A DNA stretch of 64,000 nucleotides from Schizochytrium sp. TIO01 (taxonomy: Eukaryota > Protista > Bigyra: Labyrinthulomycetes). The position numbers were made by a program, and so were the translations under genes. The first letter of the stretch is position 1. Each line of letters begins with the position of its first letter. The DNA is taken from positions 4,256,862 to 4,320,861 of the forward strand of contig SMSO01000025.1 in assembly GCA_004764695.1 (NCBI GenBank). Direction: 5' to 3'. The notes below the pieces were generated by a model. It searched no databases. It saw only the letters and a list, made by a program, of their open reading frames with translations, and had not been told where the DNA came from. Positions 38,324 through 48,363 of this stretch are shown here, piece after piece.

Positions 38324-39096
38324 GGTCTCTCTCGAGTCTTGTCTTGAGTTTTCTCGCAGCCACAATCGATACTGATCTGTTGCCTCGACCGCACATCAAG
38401 AAATCATCAACCCATGACACTGCTACCGCCTCTATAGGCACTCCTACCACATCCTCTGCTTTTTCTTGTCTCTGCTCAATTATGGAAAACTTTGGACTCC
38501 GCAATTTACATCTCAAATAAAATATGAAATGGAATGTAATGTAATCTAATGTAAAGTAATGAAGCCTAACATTTGATTGCCTATAAATAATAAATGTAAA
38601 TGTAGTCTCTTTTCTTTTCTGTGATCTTCTCCATTTCCAAATGAAACACATCCCGGTTCAACTAGGCACGAACGTCACTTGCCGCCCACCCAGCAGGAGC
38701 GCCACAATACCCTAGGAAGCCAACATCCGAGAGTCCCTTTCCCAGTCTGCTCAACGCATTAGGTTTCTCTAACTCTGCAGACTCATGGCTTTCTTTGGTA
38801 TCAACCATTTCACAATCCAATCTGTTTCCTGTGTTGATTGGAAAAAGGCTCTCTGTACAACTAGGGGCGCACCCAGGTGAGCACAACGGTACGTTATGTG
38901 AAACGAACATGAAACCGATGGGTCAGGCGAGTTCCCTGCACCATCAACGGAGCTCAACGGCAAGCTATGGAAATAGGCAGAAATGTGGATTTGGAATTGA
39001 GGCAGCCAATAAACGCGAACGAGACTTGGGCAGAACGTGACAAGTTTTAGCTGTGAGAGGAGAAAAGCAGCTTTACATAAAGGGTGTCAAGAGAAG

Positions 39097-40065
39097 ATGG
39101 ACCCGGGTCTGAAGGTATGGCACACGGATGCGTGGAAAACGTCAGATGTCGCAAGCTCCTTGGCGCTAGCGATTCTTGTGGCGTTTCTATGTGGAGCGGT
39201 GACAACGTGCACACAGCCCAAAGGTACAGCCGCGTGGAAACATTCGTTTTGTAAACTTATTCTTGCGTCAGCAGTGGCAATCGAGTTTTACTTTGTTGGA
39301 CTTGTTGCTCTGCATTTGCCATCGTCTCACAAACCCATCCTCTCAAAATGTGCAGCAAGCATAAAAGGGGGCAAGTTGACAGAGTCCTTGCGCGACTGTA
39401 CAGAAGGCCAGGGCCCAATATGCACGAAGGGTCGTCCTTGTACGCCATGCGACTCGCCGATTTCGTGGACAACATTTGATAGCTTACTGTGGCAGAATGA
39501 CTGCAAGGTCTGCACGCGTACAGATCCTGGACTTTGTAGGCTTTATGACGCTCTCGCCCCGTTTGCAGCAAATCGAACAGAATGGTGCCTTGAATCAGAT
39601 GGGACTGTTGCCCCGTGTGCTCGATGCTGCTTGGACCTCTCTTGGACGAACTCTTCAGGTACCGTTCAATACTTTTCTAGTATCGAGGAGTTTACGGAGA
39701 ATGATTGCTCATTTGCTCGGGATACCACCTGGCTTTTGGAGAACGAAAATTTAATAGAGTGCGCAGATGACGATTTTCCATTGGCAACTCGATTCGGCTG
39801 TTGCCCTGCTGATGCGTTTGAACCAGATTCCACGCCGCTTGCGTCAGAGGAATTTGCACTTGGCGACGGCTCCTATCTACCCTCGTGCGCCAAGACAGGT
39901 CCCAAACATGCAGGTTGGCATTACTGTGCTCACAAAACATCTGAGCTTGTACTCCAAAACTCAAGCTCAATTTCGGTGCCAGCTGGCTGCCCTCTAATGT
40001 CAAATGGGAAATTAACTGGGGAGCTTTATTGCAGAGCTCCAACTTTGAAGGCCTCAGCAAGGTGA
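39097..40065 (+). CDS. Cys-rich hypothetical membrane protein (two N-terminal TM segments)
   Basis: First ATG 39097; two hydrophobic stretches followed by many Cys (CTKGRPCTPC, CKVC, PCARCC, GCCP). Confidence 0.75.
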   Translation: MDPGLKVWHTDAWKTSDVASSLALAILVAFLCGAVTTCTQPKGTAAWKHSFCKLILASAVAIEFYFVGLVALHLPSSHKPILSKCAASIKGGKLTESLRDCTEGQGPICTKGRPCTPCDSPISWTTFDSLLWQNDCKVCTRTDPGLCRLYDALAPFAANRTEWCLESDGTVAPCARCCLDLSWTNSSGTVQYFSSIEEFTENDCSFARDTTWLLENENLIECADDDFPLATRFGCCPADAFEPDSTPLASEEFALGDGSYLPSCAKTGPKHAGWHYCAHKTSELVLQNSSSISVPAGCPLMSNGKLTGELYCRAPTLKASAR

Positions 40066-41016
40066 TAATTTGGTTGAGTGCAGTCATAACGTTCTTTATA
40101 GCCTTATGAATGGATCTATTACATTCTGATTCTGAAAATTGGCAGTCAAGAACACTATCGCTGTGAGCGACCCAAAGTGTACATTATTGTTCTGAGACGT
40201 TTAGTTATCTTGGTGCGCCAAGAAGGAAAGCTGAAAGCGAGTTGTGCGACATTATATTAGAAACCACCTATCCAGCTTGCAAAGATTAGCATATCTCCAT
40301 TCGAGAGGAAGTCCGTGTGCCCTGCCCTTTTAGATTAGTTTTGGCAGTCAGCGATGTCTTAGTCACCGAAAGTAAAATCTCTGGCGACCCTCAGAAAAGA
40401 AACCTACAACGCATGAAGAGCCCTTTTAAGTCCCCTCTGTAAACTGGTATGATCTTTCGTTATTCCATTCTTGCATGGCTCTACGCGAAGAAGGCATGTA
40501 ACATTCCCTAATTGATGAACATTAAATTTTTTACAAGACTTGTAGATTCCATTTAGTTGTCTTCTTCGTGCAGGAAGAGATCCAAGAACCATCCATGGGG
40601 AGACTACTCACGAGCTCAACCAGAAAGACGCAGGGGATGCATTAATCGTTTCCGCAATCCTTTCTTTCGCTAATAATACTACCTGGCGAGATCTGTTCAA
40701 GATGGCGATGAGACCCCAAGATTCATACTTTAAATGAAGACTATGTATGAGTAAGAATATCCTAGGTAATGGTATTACATTCTAGCAGTAGTACACAAAA
40801 AGAAATAAGAAAAGGTTGCTCTGGTAAAGCTACTCTCAGGTAGCAGTGAGCTTTTGCTTAAACTACTACTTCCCAAGGTCTGAGTGCCAAGTTTCGAAGC
40901 CTCGAAATCTTAACAGCGCCAGTCTTCAAAACCTCTTCAGACTTGCGTCGTGCGTCCAAGTAATATCAAAAAAGTCATAGCTAGAAAGAGGAGATTCCCT
41001 TGACTCAGATAGGACC

Positions 41017-42147
41017 ATGCTGTCAACGTTAGCTTGCGGCGCGAAGCAAAGCTCGTGTGCTAGAAATGTGTTGAAACAACAACGGGCTAATCTTTGGCTT
41101 GGACCTCTGCAGAATGGTGTACGTGGAGCAAGACTCGGTCTTGACAACAGTGTCGATTCTCGTAGCAGGCTTGCTACTCAGCAAAGCGCAACTCTTTGCC
41201 AGGAACGAACTACTTGCAACTTGAGCTTTGCAGATATGGACTTTAGTCGCCAGCTTCTTTCCCGGAAAAAGGCATTCGTAGTAGATTGTGATGGTGTTCT
41301 ATACCATGACTCTACACTCCTTCCCGGTGCTCGCGCATTTGTTGACTTCTTGCAAAAAACTGATAAAAAGTATCTTTTCCTGACCAACTCCAGCGACAAG
41401 AGCGCTTCTCGGCTTGTAGAGAAGTTCGCAAAGTTAGGACTTCGAACCAGTGAGGAAAATTTCTATACCAGTGCAATGTCGACGGCAACATTTCTGAAGC
41501 GTCAAAAGCGTGGTGGCCGCGCTTATGTAATTGGAGAAGAATGCCTTAAGAACGAGCTTCGGCGCGAGGGAATTCTAGTCATCGATAAAGAGGCCGCAGA
41601 GATGAGTACTCCTGACTTTTTGGTCGTCGGTGAGAGTGCTTCAAATGAGCTTTACAACTTTAGCACTGTTGAATTTGCTGTAAAGATTGTCCGTCGTGGG
41701 GCGCGTTTGATCGGTACGAACGAGGACATTTACGATCGTATTGGAGACGAGAAACAACCCGGAACAGGAGCTTTGATCCTTCCTATATCAACAGTCTCTG
41801 GTGTCAAGCCATACTTTGTTGGCAAGCCAAACCCTCTCATGGTTCGGAGTGCTTTGGATCGGCTTAATGTATCTCGAGACGATGCGGTTGTCGTTGGCGA
41901 TCGTATGAACACCGATATTCGTGCAGGCGTGGAAGCAAGTGTTGACACCGTTCTTGTCCTCAGTGGCGTTACAACTCCAGAAGACGTTATAACCTTTTCT
42001 TATCGCCCCAGCTGCATTCTCACTGGTGTAGGTGACATTGCTGCTATCATTGCGGAGCATTCTGCTACAACAAAGATTCTTCAAGCTGCCGAAGAGGATA
42101 GTGTTGTTGATTATGATGTTGATGAAAATGAAAATGAAAAACTTTGA
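41017..42147 (+). CDS. HAD-IIA phosphatase, NagD-like; true start may be ATG 41236
   Basis: Motif I DCDGVL, LTNSS, VGKP, GDRMNTDI, LVLSGVT. Confidence 0.93.
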   Translation: MLSTLACGAKQSSCARNVLKQQRANLWLGPLQNGVRGARLGLDNSVDSRSRLATQQSATLCQERTTCNLSFADMDFSRQLLSRKKAFVVDCDGVLYHDSTLLPGARAFVDFLQKTDKKYLFLTNSSDKSASRLVEKFAKLGLRTSEENFYTSAMSTATFLKRQKRGGRAYVIGEECLKNELRREGILVIDKEAAEMSTPDFLVVGESASNELYNFSTVEFAVKIVRRGARLIGTNEDIYDRIGDEKQPGTGALILPISTVSGVKPYFVGKPNPLMVRSALDRLNVSRDDAVVVGDRMNTDIRAGVEASVDTVLVLSGVTTPEDVITFSYRPSCILTGVGDIAAIIAEHSATTKILQAAEEDSVVDYDVDENENEKL

Positions 42148-42853
42148 TTCATTTTTCTAAAATCTTGAAGTATTAAAAAGTAGTTCCTATAAAGCAAATA
42201 TATAAATATATACATCTTTTTGCCTATGCATTGGTGCTTAACCTCTTGTCTGTCTCTAGCACTCCATTTATCTGTCAAGAACTCAAAATTACCCACGGTG
42301 CTTCATTTCGACATGCTTAAAAGAACTGGAACAAATCTACAATTAGTTTCTACGCATTGGGCTTTACCGATGGCTGCTAGTAGATCAAGCATATGTGAAT
42401 GAAACAGATATTGAAGAAAAATTCAAGCACAACGTCTTTTGCTGGTGCTGCTTTCGTAATTGTGTTTTCTGAACAAGACTAGTATAGGAGTAATATGGAT
42501 TGGTTCATTGGGCCAGACACAAAAGTATTAGAATCATTGCAATTCGTATCCAAAGGAAAATTCTTATAGTTGAGTAAGGGGGTCTTCTATCAAATGTGCA
42601 TTAATGCCCATCCTAGTTCTTGGATTGTTGAAATCTAGACTTAATATTAACCGCGTAAGGTGAACATCAAGAACTAGGTAGTTTTCAGTAGTGAGAAGTT
42701 CACCAGTATGTATATTTCATGAGTCACACACAATTAGTTAGTTTCGCAGGTGCATAGCAGCTGTTCACAAGTGCAAACGAAGCGGTGGAAACTAATTACA
42801 AATGGATGCTGGGATTGTCAGCTCCATCTTCCTTGTGTTGTTTTAACTTTGTA

Positions 42854-44119
42854 TTAATCAGTGGCCTCAGCGGCTGCATCTTTCTCCTTCTTGGAGGCTG
42901 CTTCTGCATCATCACGTGCCTGTTTGAGAGCAGCTTCAACCTCAGTCCAAACATCCTCCTTGGCTTGGAGGCCATCAATCTCAACCATGACAGGCTCATA
43001 GTAAGTGACAATGTTCCCAATGTTGTCATGGAATGCCTCGAGGCGCACCTTGACCTTCTCCTCGGTATCATCAGCGCGCTGGACCACGCGATCTTCGATC
43101 TCCTCTGGAGGAGGATTAAATTCAACGTGATAGCTGTTACCAGTTTCAGGGTCGATGCGACGTCCAGTAACGCGCGCCACCAAAGCATCATCTGGAACGT
43201 TTAGCATCAAGAAGAGATCTACAGATACACCGAGATCTGCGAGGGCCTCTGCCTGTGCGGCTGTACGCGGGAAGCCATCAAGTAGAAATCCGTGCTCACG
43301 GACATCGTCTTGATCCAACCGCTCGCGCACCGCTTGGATCACCAAGTCGTCTGAGACAAGGCCACCACTCTCCATTACACTCTTGACCTGTTGTCCGAGA
43401 GGAGAATTTGAAGCTACAGCAGCGCGGAGCATATCACCTGTAGAGAGGTGCGTAAGGCCAAAAGTCTCGCGAATCATCTCACATTGGGTTCCCTTGCCAG
43501 AGGCTGGGGCTCCGGAGATAATCACCCCAAGAGGCTTGAGCTTAACAGGACCATCGCCATTGTCTTCCTCTGCATCCTCCTCCTGAACGAGCTTAGCAAA
43601 ACTTCTGGCTGAACTAACTGAGAAGCGCTTGGAAAGGCGACTATGGAGCTTCTTGAGAACCGTGCGTGTAGAGAGTCGACGGGAGCCGTGCTCCCAAACA
43701 GCTTCAACAACAGCGCCCTTATCCCAGGTGCCAGTAAGCTTTGCCCCCGAAGCGTAGGTGTACACGCCCTCGCCTTGACGCATGTTGTGCTCGTAGTGTC
43801 CCTTAAAGACGTCGCCATTAACATAGAGCTCGGTGCCTTCGCCATGTTTCTGGCCAGACTCCCACTCGCCTACATAGCGATCGCCATTTGGGTACACGTA
43901 GGTGCCTTGTCCTGATTTGCCCCCATCTACATATGTGCCTTCATAGGACGCACCGCTAGCCCACGTGTAAATACCATCCTTTTTGTTCAGGTCTTCCCCA
44001 AACTCGCCTTCGAATTGGTCACCATTCTCAAACTGAACCAATGCCTTGCCTGCACGGGAGATCTTGGTGCCCTTTTCCTGATCACCATCAAGGTAAATCA
44101 CGCTCACCACAAGAGCCAT
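42854..44119 (-). CDS. MORN-repeat plus adenylate kinase fusion
   Basis: About 5 MORN repeats (Y.G.W..G..HGEG); P-loop GAPASGKGT, HLSTGDMLR, LLDGFPR, LID RRIDPETGNSYH. Confidence 0.93.
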   Translation of the reverse strand: MALVVSVIYLDGDQEKGTKISRAGKALVQFENGDQFEGEFGEDLNKKDGIYTWASGASYEGTYVDGGKSGQGTYVYPNGDRYVGEWESGQKHGEGTELYVNGDVFKGHYEHNMRQGEGVYTYASGAKLTGTWDKGAVVEAVWEHGSRRLSTRTVLKKLHSRLSKRFSVSSARSFAKLVQEEDAEEDNGDGPVKLKPLGVIISGAPASGKGTQCEMIRETFGLTHLSTGDMLRAAVASNSPLGQQVKSVMESGGLVSDDLVIQAVRERLDQDDVREHGFLLDGFPRTAAQAEALADLGVSVDLFLMLNVPDDALVARVTGRRIDPETGNSYHVEFNPPPEEIEDRVVQRADDTEEKVKVRLEAFHDNIGNIVTYYEPVMVEIDGLQAKEDVWTEVEAALKQARDDAEAASKKEKDAAAEATD

Positions 44120-44494
44120 TATGCTTCGTTTTGATTGCAAGTATTAGTGCTTGTTGTCGAAGGCGATTCGAGCTGCACGTGCTGTGGAGCCCACTGGGAA
44201 CGCTCTGCCACAAACAGTGAACTTGTTCTCGGCACAGCCAGCTAGCTTGCTTTTCTTCGTACTGCAGCTGTGAGTTTTACTAGGCAGGCAGGCCTTTGCA
44301 GTGGAGTGCCAGCGCCCGCTACTGTTCTCTGCTCTGAGTCTGCTCTTTAGTTTCGTCTTTGCTGCAGAGCTGTTTCTTGTGTCTGGTGCTCACTTTCTCT
44401 ATCTCTCTCTACTACCTGCCTCTGGAAGAAAGTATTCACGAATGAACCGCAAGTAAGTTCAACGCAGGTACCTAAGTAGGTACCTAGGTAACTA

Positions 44495-45460
44495 GTGTGC
44501 TCGGTAACAGCTTCGATACTGCTTCTAGCAGTACTTCTTTCGAAGTTTGTGCGTCACCTTGGCGGCTCGCAGCGTAATGCCCAAAGTTCTCCTCTGGAGC
44601 TTCAGGCAGGTGACTTCCTTTCTGTCAGCTTCCAAGCCCTGGCCAAAATGTGTTGCTCTCCAAGATGCCTTCCATGGCATACCTGTGCCTTCGATGGCCC
44701 AAACTCCTGCCGTCACGTGAGCGAGCCTGAGCGCCGCTGAGAATAACCTCGACTTCGAAGCAGCCCGCACGTGAAAAAAAGGTGTGCGCAAATCCACCTT
44801 AAACCCGCTACGCTTTATTGGTAATTCATTGCTAGCAGCCTGAGGGCCCTCAGGGCCTTTCCACCTTAACTGAGTCCAGATAAGACTTGGCTAGAACTTG
44901 GGTAAGAACGCGGCTCCCGAGAAACTAACTAAAAGCAACGAAGAAAATGATTCCGGGAACTTCTAAGATCACTGATTTACAATGCGCCACGATTGAAACC
45001 ACCACGCAAGGTCTGCATGTGCTGCAGCTTGAAGAAGGTCAAGAGCAATGCCACGAAATGTTAATGAAATGTGGGCTCGGGCCACGTGCGTCCTGGACAG
45101 CGGGAGTGTGTGAGTGAGATTCCGCAGCAGAATTAGAAGTCAAGGTCAACGTCGAACGAAATGGTTGAGGTGATGGTGTGCGAAACCGTAGCTCACTGGT
45201 ATCTTTGATTGCAATTTAGAGATACTTGCTCGAGCAAAGCAAAGTAAAGCAAGGCATTGTAAGGAGTGCGTGTCACGCGTGCAATTTTAGAATTAAGCAG
45301 TGCTACGTCGAGCTAAGGCATTGCATGCCAAAATGCAATTAGTAGGCTCCTCAACTGGTGATTTTATCATAATCAACTCGGGATAGTGTTGAGCTCCTCC
45401 CGATTAGTAACGCAGCCTTGTGGGATGCGGCCGCGTACTGAATCTTCCTGAAGGCCGACG
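44495..45460 (+). pseudogene. Eroded ankyrin-repeat coding relic
   Basis: LPWHTCAFDG (44669), LHVLQLEEGQEQCHEMLMKCG (45013). Confidence 0.45.
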
Positions 45461-45970
45461 TGCTCAGCGTAGTTGCTCAAGTATGTTGTAAGATGCACTT
45501 ATAAAGCTAGTACCTTGCCACAGCCAAAAATCAAGGCTACAACAGAATTGGAAGGAAGATGGCAAATCATAACAAAACAATTCAAAGACAGCAGACAATG
45601 ACTTTCTAATATTTCTGTTTTATTGGGGAGAATATTTGATGAGGTGGTAGGGTATTTATATCGCAAAAAAGTGAACGAATATCATCGAGACTATACTACC
45701 TACTAGTACACCAACTCTTAAACCGACCCAGTTGATACGAGATGATTCGAATTTGGAGTATAGTACTGGACAGAGATGAAAACGCCATAATACCCAGCAG
45801 AGGTATAAGTTTAGGCCTGTCCACACGCGGAGAAGCGACCGGAAAAGATTTAAGAATGCTCATTTTGGTTTGTTGTACTAGTAAAGGTAGCAGCAACAAA
45901 AGCACCACAAACCTCACCGATTGAGAACCATGTGGTAATCTTTTAATTGGTGGCAATCAGTGTAGTAGAT

Positions 45971-48214
45971 CTAGGCACTGAAGTCACCATCAAAACTCTT
46001 GAAGCCAGCAAGTTTGAAGAGGAAAAAGTACTCAGATTCTGGGAGTTGGTGACACCAGTTCCAAGCAGAAGTAAGGCGACCATCAATGCAGGATCCCGCT
46101 TCAAAAAAGTTGTCTGCGCCGGATCCATCAAAAGCACGCTTGAAAAAATCTTGCAAAATCGTCTTGATGGCGTCCTCCACGGAGCCAAAGCGAGCCTCCA
46201 CGAGTTCCTCTAGTGCAGGGTCTTCTGGAAGCTTGTTTGCAATGTACTTAAGACAGCTCACCAGAGCATTGAGGATTCGAGGTACCTGATTATACTTATC
46301 AATAAACAGGAGTGCATTTGGGACATTCGTGTCACCAAGATGAATCACGCTTGAACCTACCCAACCTTCTACAGTATGACCAAGACGCTGCTGGACAGCG
46401 TATAGAATACCATGCATAGCCTTGGAGGTGCGTGGTGCTGGCTGAAGACGGTTTATTCCTTGACCAGTGTTACGAAGCTTGTACGGGGAGTCAGGATCCA
46501 GCAAGTCTCCCTCGGCTAAGCTCCACAAACGGAACATATCATGCACGATCTCTCGCCACAACGTGAGAGACTGCAAGACGTAGTAGTACTGACGCTCGTG
46601 CGTGTGAGTAAGACGCGAACCAGACTCGCCTCCATAGATAGCAAGAGACCACTTAGACTCAGCGACCTCTTTCGAGCCAAAGTGTTTTTTGAGCAGTGTG
46701 ATAATGTAATCGATAGGCTTACAATTGCTGTTCAAGTACGAGGTATTATCTCCGATACTGTACAGGCAACGCTTGATCTCATCTTCCGAAATTTCTGTGT
46801 TTGCGTTTCGCTTGGAATATTTGCGGGCAATCAGGTCAATAGCATGCTCCTTGAGTTTGATTTCGCGCTGAATCTGCTGCCTACTCTTGCCGTCCGGAAG
46901 AATCTCCATGGTTGCGGTAGAGATATACTCGTCTCGCAGCACAGCAAGTGCCTTTTTGGACTTTAGCAATGAGTAAACAGTTTGCATAGGTGCTACCAAG
47001 TCAAACTCAAGAAAATCGCGTACCTCCGGGATCATGGAGTCTTGAAGTAGGTAAATCATCTTGCCGTAAGTTCCACGCATTTTTTCCGGATTCATGACCT
47101 TGTATCTGCGCCCAACCTCAAAAACACGGGTAAAGGTTGCCTTGTACTTGGAAAAAGCACGGTCCTCCACTAGCTGCTGTGCGAGGTCATATTTGTAAGA
47201 TGTCGCGATGCCTACCAGCGTCGCCCCGACGCACTTCATCAGCGAGTGCAGCCTCTTGGTCTCCGTCTTGAACTCTCGACCATCCACAACATTCGCGTAA
47301 TCGCTTGACCTCATGATCGCATGCACCAGCCTCAGTCTTGTCCGCTCTTTATATTCCAATCTCAGCGGCACATACCTTGATCTATCTTCGTACCATGCTC
47401 CAATCTGCTCCTTTGCTTCTTCCGAGAGTGAATCTTCAGGGTCTGATACTAAACCCAGCGTGGACATAATCCCTCTACCCGAACTTTGCCCACCCATGGC
47501 TTTCCGTGCATCAGCCCTCTGGTCGTCGAGTAGCGCCTGGATCTCGTCTACAGTTAAGTACCTCTCATCCTTGTGCTGATCATCAAGCATGGCTGACTCT
47601 TTACCCTCCTGTTGCCGCTGGACCTTCTCTGCTACCATTTTCGCACTTGCTTCATAGGCCCGGAGTTCTTCATCGCCTTCGACGAATCTGTCAGAGGCAG
47701 TAGCAGCATCAGCACCAGCATCAACAGCAGCACTAGCGCTTGCGTCTCCAGAACTCATATCGATGTCCATCTCACGTTCTACACTCATAGTATCGTTATC
47801 TTTCTCTGTGTGGACTTCGTTGTAAACCTCTTCTCTTTGATCCATTTTGCTTTGGTTAGATTCGTTGCAGCCGTTGTTGGAGGCACTCGAGTTGGTCTGC
47901 TCACCAAGACTTTCCCGTTTCTGCGAACCTATTTCCGTGCTTTTGCCACTTGCTGAGGTCTCTTTCAATTCCTGGTTTGTATCCTCTGGTTTGATTTTCT
48001 TCGATATTGATGCTTGTGTTGTGATTGTCGCTGTTGCAGTCGTTGACAAAGCTGCTGCCGAGGCTGAAGCGCCCTGGGAGCAGGATGCCGCTACTTTGGG
48101 TGCTTCTGCTCCAGGCTCTGTTGCTTGCTGGTTGGCGTCGGCGCGGCGTCTGGAAGTTGCGTCTTCGTCCCCCTCCAAGCGGTGCGCCTTCGCCCAGTCG
48201 TCGCCCTCCTGCAT
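45971..48214 (-). CDS. UPF0652/DUF2009-family protein
   Basis: YVPLRL, FEVGRRYKVMNPEKMRGTYGKMIYLLQD, RLTHTHERQY, WVGSSVIHLGD, FDGSGADNFFEAGSCIDGRLTSAWNWC; first ATG 48214. Confidence 0.9.
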   Translation of the reverse strand: MQEGDDWAKAHRLEGDEDATSRRRADANQQATEPGAEAPKVAASCSQGASASAAALSTTATATITTQASISKKIKPEDTNQELKETSASGKSTEIGSQKRESLGEQTNSSASNNGCNESNQSKMDQREEVYNEVHTEKDNDTMSVEREMDIDMSSGDASASAAVDAGADAATASDRFVEGDEELRAYEASAKMVAEKVQRQQEGKESAMLDDQHKDERYLTVDEIQALLDDQRADARKAMGGQSSGRGIMSTLGLVSDPEDSLSEEAKEQIGAWYEDRSRYVPLRLEYKERTRLRLVHAIMRSSDYANVVDGREFKTETKRLHSLMKCVGATLVGIATSYKYDLAQQLVEDRAFSKYKATFTRVFEVGRRYKVMNPEKMRGTYGKMIYLLQDSMIPEVRDFLEFDLVAPMQTVYSLLKSKKALAVLRDEYISTATMEILPDGKSRQQIQREIKLKEHAIDLIARKYSKRNANTEISEDEIKRCLYSIGDNTSYLNSNCKPIDYIITLLKKHFGSKEVAESKWSLAIYGGESGSRLTHTHERQYYYVLQSLTLWREIVHDMFRLWSLAEGDLLDPDSPYKLRNTGQGINRLQPAPRTSKAMHGILYAVQQRLGHTVEGWVGSSVIHLGDTNVPNALLFIDKYNQVPRILNALVSCLKYIANKLPEDPALEELVEARFGSVEDAIKTILQDFFKRAFDGSGADNFFEAGSCIDGRLTSAWNWCHQLPESEYFFLFKLAGFKSFDGDFSA

Positions 48215-48363
48215 CCGCAACCGTGCCGAGCGGGCTGCGGCAGCGGCGAAGTCGCGATGCGGCACTGGTGTTCACTCAATAATTCATTCATCTTCCCTTT
48301 TCTCCATTCACGCACCTCTCCTACTATAGACTATTCCGTATAGCCCACTGTACTCGGCACCGA

